A stretch of DNA of 32,055 nt from positions 1-32,055 of the forward strand of contig JACPMQ010000006.1 in assembly GCA_016185955.1 (NCBI GenBank), read 5' to 3'. Position 1 is the first letter of the stretch. Every line of letters begins with the position of its first letter. This DNA comes from Candidatus Woesearchaeota archaeon. GTDB lineage: Archaea; Nanobdellota; Nanobdellia; Woesearchaeales; GW2011-AR4. The position numbers and the translations under genes were made by a program. The notes under the pieces were generated by a model that had not been told where the DNA came from, made no database searches, and saw nothing but the letters and a program-made list of their open reading frames with translations. Positions 1 to 7,791 of this stretch are shown here, one piece after another.

Positions 1-172
1 AAATATAGGAACGGAACATCTATTACGATTATTGACTTCCGTTCCTATACTTTGTGTTCTCTAGCATAGTGGCGCAATAATTATTGTTCCATTATTTAGT
101 TGCGCCACTATACGCACAAGCACTTACTTTCGCAAAAACCCCACTTACCGAAAAAATTCTGTTAGCAGTCAC
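1..172 (+). mobile_element. MITE-like modular palindromic element, copy 1 (left part cut off by window start)
   Basis: Ends in TGTTAGCAGTCAC (160-172); carries the CGCACAAGCA and TTCGCAAAAACCC boxes; 51-126 is identical to 22559-22634; hairpins at 4-16/37-49 and 66-77/100-111. Confidence 0.85.
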
Positions 173-180
173 TGTGCAAA

Positions 181-194
181 GAAAAATTTATAAA
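181..194 (+). promoter_or_regulatory. Putative BRE/TATA box for the pdh operon
   Basis: GAAAAA-TTTATAAA about 50 nt upstream of the ATG at 245; GGAG at 235-238. Confidence 0.45.
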
Positions 195-244
195 CATACT
201 AAAAAACCGAAATCTTGATTTTATTTGATTTTATGGAGCTGTAA

Positions 245-1312
245 ATGGTAAAAAAAGTAGTAGCTGATTTTAAGGTGGAGTATTTGCAGGTAATGGATGA
301 AGAAGGCAAAATTGACAGGAAGCTTATGCCGGATTTGCCTGACAAGCAGATAAAGGAAATGTATGAGCTGATGGTTTTAATGCGTACTTTTGATGACAAG
401 GCTTTTTCTCTGCAAAGGCAAGGCAGGATAGGAACTTACATACAGTTTAAAGGGCAGGAAGCGTCTCAATTAGGAACTGCTTACGCTCTTAAAGATATGG
501 ACTGGATATTCCCAATGTACAGAAGCGGAGGAGCTTTAATTGCAAGAAAGCATCCAATGCACATGATTTTGCAATATTATGGCGGAGATGAAAGAGGGCT
601 AAAAAGCCCGGAAAATGTAAATAATTTTCCAATTTCAATTCCGGTAGGAACACAGACACCGCACGCTGTAGGATGTGCATGGGCATCAAAGCTGAAAAAT
701 GAGAAAACTGTTTCATTGGTTTACACTGGCGACGGAGGAACTTCAAAAGGGGACTTTCATGAAGGCTTGAATTTTGCCGGAGTTTTTAAGGTTCCATGCA
801 TTATTGTATGCGAAAATAACCAATATGCAATTTCTGTTTCAAGAAAACAGCAGACAGCTTCGGAAACAATTGCCCAAAAGGCAATTTCTTACGGCATAAA
901 TGGCACACAAGTAGATGGAAATGATATTTTTGCAGTTTACAAAGCCGCTAAAGAGGCTGTGGACAATGCAAGAAATGGGAAAGGAGCCACATTAATTGAA
1001 TGTATTACTTATCGGCTTGCAGACCACTCTACATCAGATGATGCAAAAAGATACAGAAATGATAAAGAAGTTGAGTCATGGACAAAAAAAGATCCGATAA
1101 TAAGACTGGAAAAATATATGAGAAGCAAAAAACTGCTTGATGACAAATATAAGGAAGAGGTTGCAAAAAAAGCAAAAGAGCAGGTTGAAAAAGAAGTTAT
1201 GATTTATGAAAACACAAAAGACCCTGATGCTGAAGATATGTTTAGATACACTTATGCTGAAATGACAGGTAATCTTAAGGAGCAGCTAAATCAGCTTAAC
1301 GAGCTAATATGA
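245..1312 (+). CDS. pdhA: Pyruvate/2-oxoacid dehydrogenase E1 alpha subunit
   Basis: LQRQGRIGTY; TPP-binding GDGGTS...NN motif; YRLADHSTSDD. Confidence 0.93.
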   Translation: MVKKVVADFKVEYLQVMDEEGKIDRKLMPDLPDKQIKEMYELMVLMRTFDDKAFSLQRQGRIGTYIQFKGQEASQLGTAYALKDMDWIFPMYRSGGALIARKHPMHMILQYYGGDERGLKSPENVNNFPISIPVGTQTPHAVGCAWASKLKNEKTVSLVYTGDGGTSKGDFHEGLNFAGVFKVPCIIVCENNQYAISVSRKQQTASETIAQKAISYGINGTQVDGNDIFAVYKAAKEAVDNARNGKGATLIECITYRLADHSTSDDAKRYRNDKEVESWTKKDPIIRLEKYMRSKKLLDDKYKEEVAKKAKEQVEKEVMIYENTKDPDAEDMFRYTYAEMTGNLKEQLNQLNELI

Positions 1313-2277
1313 GCAAAATGAATATAGTGCAGGCTGTAAACTCAGCGTTAAGAAACGAGCTTCAGAGAGACAAAAGAGTCATGATTTTAGGAGAAGATGT
1401 TGGAAAAAACGGAGGAGTTTTTAGATGCACGGATGGATTGCAGCAGGATTTTGGTGATAATAGAGTTGTTGACACTCCATTGTCAGAAGTCGGAATTATC
1501 TCAACATCAATTGGGCTTGCGGTAAATGGAATGCTGCCTGTAGCAGAAATACAGTTCTCAGGATTTATTTATGCTCCTTTAGACCAATTAGTTACTCATG
1601 CTGCGCGAATACGGTCAAGAAGCAGGGGCAGATTTTCAGTTCCCCTTGTTGTAAGAGCACCTTTTGGCGGCGGCATAAGGGCTTTGGAATTGCATTGCGA
1701 ATCTGTTGAGACAATATTTTCGCATATTGCCGGCTTGAAGGTGGTTATTCCCTCTCATCCTTACGATGCAAAGGGCCTTTTAATCTCTGCTATAAGAGAT
1801 CCTAATCCAGTTATTTTTCTCGAGCCGATGCGCGTTTACAGGGCAATAAAAGAAGAAGTTCCTGATGAGCCATATACCATACCATTAGGCAAAGCTGAAG
1901 TAGAGCAGGAAGGCTCTGACTTAACTGTTATTTCTTATGGCGCTATGATGAAATACACAAAAGAGGCTCTTGAAAAATCAAATTATTCTGCAGAGATTAT
2001 TGATGTCAGAACAATATCTCCATTGGATACAGATACCATAATAAATTCTGTAAAAAAAACAGGAAGATGCGTAATAGTCCATGAAGCCCAAAAAACATGC
2101 GGCTTTGCAGCAGAGATAATAGCAAGAATAAATGAAAAATGTTTTTTTAATTTAGAGGCTCCAATAGAAAGAGTGACAGGTTTTGATGTTCCATTTCCCT
2201 TTGCAAAGCTTGAAAATTATTATCTTCCTGATGAAAAAAGAATTTTGAAAGCAGTGGATAAAGTGATGAGCCAATAA
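1309..2277 (+). CDS. pdhB: Pyruvate/2-oxoacid dehydrogenase E1 beta subunit
   Basis: GEDVGKNGGVFR, DTPLSE, EIQF, DAKGLLISAIRDPNPVIFLE; ATGA overlap with pdhA. Confidence 0.93.
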   Translation: MSKMNIVQAVNSALRNELQRDKRVMILGEDVGKNGGVFRCTDGLQQDFGDNRVVDTPLSEVGIISTSIGLAVNGMLPVAEIQFSGFIYAPLDQLVTHAARIRSRSRGRFSVPLVVRAPFGGGIRALELHCESVETIFSHIAGLKVVIPSHPYDAKGLLISAIRDPNPVIFLEPMRVYRAIKEEVPDEPYTIPLGKAEVEQEGSDLTVISYGAMMKYTKEALEKSNYSAEIIDVRTISPLDTDTIINSVKKTGRCVIVHEAQKTCGFAAEIIARINEKCFFNLEAPIERVTGFDVPFPFAKLENYYLPDEKRILKAVDKVMSQ

Positions 2278-2289
2278 TAAACCAATAAA

Positions 2290-3552
2290 ATGCCATACGA
2301 ATTCAAATTTCCGGATGTTGGAGAAGGTATTACTGAAGGAATAATAGTGAAGTGGAAAGTAAAGGAGCGCGATAATGTAAAAATAGACCAAATTATAGCA
2401 GATATAGAGACAGACAAAGCTGTTGTAGAAATACCAAGCCCTAAAGAAGGCATTATCTTAAAACTCTACCATAAGGAAGGAGAAACAATTAATGTGGGAG
2501 ATGTTCTTGCTGTAATAGGAGAAGAAAATGAATCCATAGGCATAAAGCAGGAAGCTAAAATAGAAGGAAAAAAAGAAGACAAAAAGCCTTATACTGGCAG
2601 CGTTGTGGGATTTCTTGAGGAAGCGTCTGACGAAGCAGAAAAGAAAGAGATAAAAAAAGGGATAAAAACAGATTCAGCAACAAAAAAAATTCTTGCAGCT
2701 CCTGTTGTAAGAAAGCTTGCAAAGGAATTAAATGTCAATCTTGAAAATGTTGCTGGAACCTGCGATGATGGAAAAATAAGTGAAGAGGACGTTAAAAAAT
2801 TTGCCGCTAAAACTGCGGAAAAAAAGCCAGCAATTAAAGTGACAAAAAAATATGATTTCTTCGGCTATGTTGAAAGAGTGCCTCTAAAGGGCATAAGAAA
2901 AATTACTGCGCAAAAAATGAGGGAAGCGGTTATGAATGCAGCATTAGTCACACATCATGACCATATTGACGTAACAAAGCTTTCAGATTTAAGAACAAAA
3001 GAAAAAGAAAATGCAGCGAAAAAAGGAGTTAAATTAACTTATCTTCCGTTTATAATAAAAGCCGCAATAGAAGCTTTAAAAAAGCATCCTTATGTGGCAT
3101 CAAGCATTGAAAACGATGAGGTAATAATAAAAAAATATTATAATATTGGAGTTGCTATTGACACTCCAGACGGCTTGATAGTTCCTGTCATCAAGGGCGC
3201 TGATCAAAAAAGTTTAGCTGATTTATCTGTTGAAGTCAGCAATTTTGTTGAAAAGGCAAAAACAAGAAAAATTGATTTAATGGAGCTTAAAGGCGGAGTT
3301 TTTACAATAACAAATATAGGAGTCATAGGAAGCACTTATTTTACCCCAATAATAAATTATCCTGAAAGCTGTATTCTTGGAACTGGAAGAATAGAAGACA
3401 GGGCGTCAGTTGTTAATGGCAAAATTGAGATAAGAAAAATAATGCCGATTTCATTTACTTATGACCATAGAGTAATTGATGGCGCGGAAGCAGCAAGATT
3501 CATGAATGACTTAAGAATATTGCTGGAAAGTCCTGATTCTTTGTTTTCGTAA
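2290..3552 (+). CDS. pdhC: Dihydrolipoamide acyltransferase E2
   Basis: Lipoyl domain ETDKA, E3-binding domain (APVVRKLAKE), catalytic DHRVIDG. Confidence 0.93.
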   Translation: MPYEFKFPDVGEGITEGIIVKWKVKERDNVKIDQIIADIETDKAVVEIPSPKEGIILKLYHKEGETINVGDVLAVIGEENESIGIKQEAKIEGKKEDKKPYTGSVVGFLEEASDEAEKKEIKKGIKTDSATKKILAAPVVRKLAKELNVNLENVAGTCDDGKISEEDVKKFAAKTAEKKPAIKVTKKYDFFGYVERVPLKGIRKITAQKMREAVMNAALVTHHDHIDVTKLSDLRTKEKENAAKKGVKLTYLPFIIKAAIEALKKHPYVASSIENDEVIIKKYYNIGVAIDTPDGLIVPVIKGADQKSLADLSVEVSNFVEKAKTRKIDLMELKGGVFTITNIGVIGSTYFTPIINYPESCILGTGRIEDRASVVNGKIEIRKIMPISFTYDHRVIDGAEAARFMNDLRILLESPDSLFS

Positions 3553-3837
3553 AATTCCACCGTTCATAGAACGGTGGTTTTTTAGCAGCATTGCTTTTTT
3601 CTTAAGCCCGTGCGCAAATCCATGCAAATTGCCATTGCTTGCAACAACCCTATGGCACGGCACCATATTTTTTGTTTTGCACTCTAAAATGCCATAAGGA
3701 TTTTTGTTTAAGGCATTTCCCACTGCGCGATATGCCTTGCTTCCAATTTTTTTAGCTATTTCCTTGTACGTCGAAACTTTGCCTTTGGGAATTTTTCTGC
3801 ACGCTTCCCAGACTTTTTTATTGAAATTTTCGCTCAT
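3511..3837 (-). CDS. ogt: Methylated-DNA--protein-cysteine methyltransferase (MGMT family)
   Basis: IPKGKVSTY, RAVGNAL, active-site PCHRVV; atypical C-terminus overlapping pdhC. Confidence 0.88.
   Translation of the reverse strand: MSENFNKKVWEACRKIPKGKVSTYKEIAKKIGSKAYRAVGNALNKNPYGILECKTKNMVPCHRVVASNGNLHGFAHGLKKKAMLLKNHRSMNGGILRKQRIRTFQQYS
3557..3577. repeat. Perfect 9-bp-stem palindrome between convergent genes (terminator or REP-like)
   Basis: CCACCGTTC-ATA-GAACGGTGG, followed by a T-run on the + strand. Confidence 0.6.
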
Positions 3838-3839
3838 TC

Positions 3840-5096
3840 TTAATGCTCATTATCCAACGCCACTATATTTTCAAAATTTCTTTTATTTTGCTTTCCCTTA
3901 TACTTCCTTGCAGCATTGATAATTTTTTCACGGCTTAATATTATGCCTTTTTCTTTTAACAATTTTGATATATTTTCTGAAATTAGAAAATCACAAAATT
4001 GCGTTACATTGCTCGGCTTAAAGGCGTAATGCGCCCTTTCAAAATCTATTAATATCGGAATAGTTTTTTTATTAATTAAAATATGCTTTACTGGATGCGA
4101 CATTTCTTCCTTATTTATTTTTAGCTTGTCCATCACAAAAAGCTGGGAAAGGATGCTTTTTAATGCCTTTAAAACGGTTTTTTTGTTTTTATTTGAGGCT
4201 AAGAAATCAATAATATTAATGCCGTCAATGAATTCATAAACAAAAAACTCATGGTGCATTAAAAGCAATTTTGGCCCAATTTTGTGCTTGTTCAGCAATT
4301 TTAGATTCTTAATTTCATTGTCGATTCTTAAAATTGCCTCACTTTCAGGATTTTTTATTTTTATTGCAATTTTTTTGTTTTTATAAATTCCAGTAAAAAC
4401 AAGCCCTCTTTTTCCTTTTGCAAAAAACCTTATCTTTTTTATTTTACTTTGCTCCAGTTCCTTTAAAGTTTTGGATTTTTTTATTAGGCAAACATAAATA
4501 TCTTCAAAAAAATAATGTTGCTTTTCCAGAATTTCATATTCAAGCAGATTGTTTCTTATAAACTCATTGACCTTTTCCATTTTTGTCAGAGAAGAAAAAG
4601 CAAGAAGGATTATACCATTTAAACTCAAAAAATTGTTAGCTTCATTAAGAAATTTTTCTATAACTTCATAGCCTTTTTTGCCTCCTTCAATTGTCAAATC
4701 CTTAACTTTAAGCTCGCTTGGAAGATAAGGCGCATTAAATATAATTGTGTCAAATTTCTTATTTTTAAGGTTTCTTTTCTTTAAAGCTTCAAATAAGTCA
4801 GAAACCATAAATTTTATTTTGCAAGAAAATAGTTTGGATTTTTTGTGTCCTGAAAATCTTCGATTCTCATGGATTTCATTTTTTATATTTTTTTTGCAAT
4901 ATTTAATTACATCCTCTTGAATGTCAACTGCTAAAACTGATTTTACTTTAGGGCAATTTACAGCAGCAATTGCCTGTATTCCGGAGCCTGTCCCCATATC
5001 CAAAACATTTCCTTCAGCATATTGCACCACATATTTTTTAAGCAAAACGCTGTCTTCTTTCGGTTCATAAATTGAGCAGTTTTTGGTTTCTGTCAT
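3840..5096 (-). CDS. HemK2/MTQ2-type methyltransferase fused to a C-terminal kinase-like (COG2112-like) domain
   Basis: YEPKEDS, VLDMGTGSG, FNAPYLP; C-half has AKGKRG loop, IAIK, KEEMSHPVKH, IDFE. Confidence 0.82.
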   Translation of the reverse strand: MTETKNCSIYEPKEDSVLLKKYVVQYAEGNVLDMGTGSGIQAIAAVNCPKVKSVLAVDIQEDVIKYCKKNIKNEIHENRRFSGHKKSKLFSCKIKFMVSDLFEALKKRNLKNKKFDTIIFNAPYLPSELKVKDLTIEGGKKGYEVIEKFLNEANNFLSLNGIILLAFSSLTKMEKVNEFIRNNLLEYEILEKQHYFFEDIYVCLIKKSKTLKELEQSKIKKIRFFAKGKRGLVFTGIYKNKKIAIKIKNPESEAILRIDNEIKNLKLLNKHKIGPKLLLMHHEFFVYEFIDGINIIDFLASNKNKKTVLKALKSILSQLFVMDKLKINKEEMSHPVKHILINKKTIPILIDFERAHYAFKPSNVTQFCDFLISENISKLLKEKGIILSREKIINAARKYKGKQNKRNFENIVALDNEH

Positions 5097-5109
5097 TTTT
5101 TAGTTCTAA

Positions 5110-5193
5110 TGGACTTGGGGGGATTCGAACCCCCAGCCTTCACCCTTTTCTAAAAGATGCGAAGGTGACGTCATGCCGTTAGACCACAAGCCC
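5110..5193 (-). tRNA. tRNA-Ala(CGC) with 12-nt canonical 37/38 intron (5146-5157)
   Basis: Acceptor GGGCTTG/CAAGTCC with G3:U70; anticodon stem TCACC/GGTGA; T-arm GGGGG-TTCGAAT-CCCCC. Confidence 0.9.
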
Positions 5194-5237
5194 ATAGCAA
5201 TGAGAAATTGAATTTGATTTTTTAACATTGCTTTTTT

Positions 5238-5522
5238 GTAACTGCTAACATCACTTTGTCCGAAAAGATGGGTTTTTGCAAATTATTATTCGTTGCTTGT
5301 GCGGAGCCGTAAAAATCCCGCCGTTTGCGAACAGCAAAGTTTTTACAAGTTACGTTGGTAATCTTGCAATTCGGCATTGTTTTGCTTTGGCCGTTGCTCG
5401 TCATTGACAAAACCGATAAACCACGCATTTGGCATCATTTTGCCTTGGCCACGGCTTGTCACTATCAAATTACGCACAAGCACTTAATTCGCAAAAACCC
5501 TTTATGTTGTGTTAGCAGTTAC
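5238..5522 (+). mobile_element. MITE-like element, copy 2 (285 bp, distinct interior)
   Basis: Perfect 13-bp TIR GTAACTGCTAACA (5238-5250/5510-5522); inner paired boxes; flanked by 7-bp direct repeat CTTTTTT (5231-5237/5523-5529). Confidence 0.88.
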
Positions 5523-6047
5523 CTTTTTTAACCCCTCTAAAACCAGCCTTACTAATTCATTTGGATTTTCAGAATAAACAACATTCTCTTTTTCATTTTC
5601 TTTGTTGCATATTTCTGCAATTTTTTTTATGATGCTGGTTATGCCTCCCGACTCTTCTAAAACTCCTATAACCTTTTTGTAATGGAAAGCTATTGTAAAC
5701 TCGTTTAATGTTCCAGTTTGCCCAGAAATCAGTATTATTGCATCAGCTTCCTTAACCAATGGGAAATTTCTGGCTGGTATTCCTAATCCTGTGTATTCAA
5801 TCTCTGTAAAATTTTCTTTAGGGAACAAATATTTTTTTGTATGCTCTTCCTCATTCTGGGCAGGGCTTATGCCAAGGACTTTTCCCCCTATGGAAAAAGC
5901 GCCTTTTGCAGCTTCGTAAGGATACCCATTTCCAGCTCCTGTAAGCAGCAAAATATTATTTTTAGCAAGCTGTTTGCCAATTTCAAATGCCTTTTTTGCT
6001 ATATCTTTATCCACCGCAAAGCTAGAGCCACATACTGCAATTTTCAT
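5502..6047 (-). CDS. LOG/SLOG family protein (TIGR00725-like)
   Basis: KIAVCGSS, LLTGAGNG, RN..V...DA.I.ISG.TGTLNE; start taken as ATG 6047; stop codon lies inside the repeat element. Confidence 0.82.
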   Translation of the reverse strand: MKIAVCGSSFAVDKDIAKKAFEIGKQLAKNNILLLTGAGNGYPYEAAKGAFSIGGKVLGISPAQNEEEHTKKYLFPKENFTEIEYTGLGIPARNFPLVKEADAIILISGQTGTLNEFTIAFHYKKVIGVLEESGGITSIIKKIAEICNKENEKENVVYSENPNELVRLVLEGLKKVTANTT

Positions 6048-6092
6048 TAATTGAAACAAGATAGAATACTATTTAAAGTTTTAGGAAGTAAA

Positions 6093-6219
6093 AGCGAGGG
6101 CTGGGACTCGAACCCAGGAATAAGAGGGCACTGCAAACAAGGTTTGTACGTGTTGAATTGCAGCCTCTCGCCTTAGCCGCTTGGCTTTAAGGTAGTTATA
6201 AATTGTCACTAACCCTCGC
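6093..6219 (-). tRNA. tRNA-Cys(GCA) with two introns: 8/9 (6187-6211, 25 nt) and 37/38 (6129-6157, 29 nt)
   Basis: Acceptor GCGAGGG/CCCTCGC, U73, anticodon stem AGAGG/CCTCT with CT-GCA-A, T-arm CTGGG-TTCGAGT-CCCAG; both inserts form BHB-like junctions. Confidence 0.85.
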
Positions 6220-6323
6220 ATAGCGGACTAACCTCTCGCATTGCTAAAAGCAATTTTTGTTGCTTTTCAACATGGTCAAAGCCCATATACTTATAAAAAT
6301 TTCCAAAACTCGGCTCTTCAATG

Positions 6324-6866
6324 TCAAACTTTTACCTTCCTGACAACAGCTATCCACAATGTTTCAAGGTATCTTGAAGCAGCCCCTAAGGGAGTAATTC
6401 TGCTTAAATTCTTAAATGCTGTTTTAAAATAGATTACGCCCCAATCTTCTACTTCATTTAAAAGCTTATCACTATAACCATTTAATTTATCTAGCTCTTT
6501 ATAGCTTATAATGCCATTAAAGGCATTATTTATGCCGTCTTGTATGCGGCTAAATAATTTGCTTGTAGCGTTATATACTCCATTATAGGCTGAATATACT
6601 GAACTGTAAAAGCTTTCAAAAATTGCATAAAGATTGCTAAAGCCTTTTTCATTACTTTTTGCCTTTTTTGAATAATTTCTGTCATTAAGCTCTTTGTCAA
6701 TTACCTGAGCCATACTTGCCAGCTTTATTTGCTCTGAAATATCTTTAGCATCCTCTGAAGAAAGCTTATTGCCTTGCATAGTTATTTTGCTTTTTTTTGG
6801 TTTTACAAGTTCTGGTTTTTCTCTCTCTAAAAACCTAGTGTCTATAATAGTTTCAAGGCTTATCAT
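6324..6866 (-). CDS. Hypothetical protein
   Basis: 180-aa ORF with ATG start and Lys-rich composition like neighbouring genes; no motif recognised. Confidence 0.6.
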   Translation of the reverse strand: MISLETIIDTRFLEREKPELVKPKKSKITMQGNKLSSEDAKDISEQIKLASMAQVIDKELNDRNYSKKAKSNEKGFSNLYAIFESFYSSVYSAYNGVYNATSKLFSRIQDGINNAFNGIISYKELDKLNGYSDKLLNEVEDWGVIYFKTAFKNLSRITPLGAASRYLETLWIAVVRKVKV

Positions 6867-6915
6867 AGTGGGAGTTTTAACTATAAAAATTGCGAAGTTT
6901 AAAAATTTATTTGCT

Positions 6916-7710
6916 TCAGCTAACAGAATACAATGGCTGATTGGAAATTTTAACTGTAACTTTATTGCCTGCCTTAAAGGGATATTCTTCGCTTAATGAG
7001 TCTGCAATGATAATGCCTTTTTTTGATTCAAACACAATCTCTATTTTTTCATTTTTGGGCAAAATATCATTAATCAACGCGCATTTTGCAGTAATTTTGC
7101 CGCAATAAGGCTCCCTTACAAGATATTCAAATTTGTCGGATTCTAAAGGCAATGGTATGCCCCCAGCGCTTTTAATCCATGCATTGCTGCCTGCAGCAGT
7201 CGAAATTAAAATGCCGCTGCTCTTCTGCCTCTCAATCTTATCTTTTACATAAATTATGTAGCGTGCAGTATGGTAATCTTTTTCAGATGAAACATAAAAC
7301 TCATTAAGCGCAAGCTCAGGAATTTTTTTATTGCCTATATAGGCTTCTAATCGATAAAGCTTTTTTATTTCATGCTCGTTGCTCAAAATTTTTTTAAGTT
7401 TTTCCTTAAAATCATTTTTAGTGGCAGCTAGAAAAAACCCTTCTTTGCTTTCTGGCTCTGAATTAACTCCTATGATTTGTGTTCTGCCAAAAACAAAATG
7501 AGAAGCCCTTAAAAATGTTCCATCGCCGCCAACTGCAACAACCAAATCTTTATTTTGGAAAAGTTTTTTGCTTAATTTACTCCTTTCGTATGCAACATAC
7601 TTAACACTGCCTTTTACGCCTTTTAGTGCCTTTATAACTGCGTTTAACGCAGACTTTTGCTCATTATTTGTTGGTTTTGCATAAACTAAAATGACATTTT
7701 TTAGTTTCAT
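6916..7710 (-). CDS. nadK: NAD(+) kinase
   Basis: GGDGTFL, ALNE, SSG...ST.AGS.AW..SAGG; start taken as ATG 7710. Confidence 0.88.
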   Translation of the reverse strand: MKLKNVILVYAKPTNNEQKSALNAVIKALKGVKGSVKYVAYERSKLSKKLFQNKDLVVAVGGDGTFLRASHFVFGRTQIIGVNSEPESKEGFFLAATKNDFKEKLKKILSNEHEIKKLYRLEAYIGNKKIPELALNEFYVSSEKDYHTARYIIYVKDKIERQKSSGILISTAAGSNAWIKSAGGIPLPLESDKFEYLVREPYCGKITAKCALINDILPKNEKIEIVFESKKGIIIADSLSEEYPFKAGNKVTVKISNQPLYSVS

Positions 7711-7791
7711 GATATAAATATAAAAGTATAGATAGTTATATAAATTTTGTTTTAATACATCGATACAAACTGCATTTAGGGGGTAAAACAA

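Noticed and set aside
1-172. CRISPR array
   Set aside because: No regularly spaced direct repeats with unique spacers; no cas genes.
245-3552. Missing E3 (lpd) in the pdh operon
   Set aside because: E3 is often encoded elsewhere; absence from one window is uninformative.
5238-5522. Integron attC sites (TAAC...GTTA ends, gene stop at the element end)
   Set aside because: Copies are 187-299 bp, dispersed among housekeeping genes in both orientations, have highly variable spacers, and two have target duplications; no intI is seen. A distant relationship is not excluded.
5222-5531. Small ORFs 5222-5428 and 5325-5531 (also 26147-26368)
   Set aside because: They lie within the palindromic elements, use non-ATG starts and are not conserved between copies.
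7711-7791. N-terminal extension of NAD kinase in the ORF track
   Set aside because: AT-rich divergent promoter region; ATG 7710 gives a normal N-terminus.
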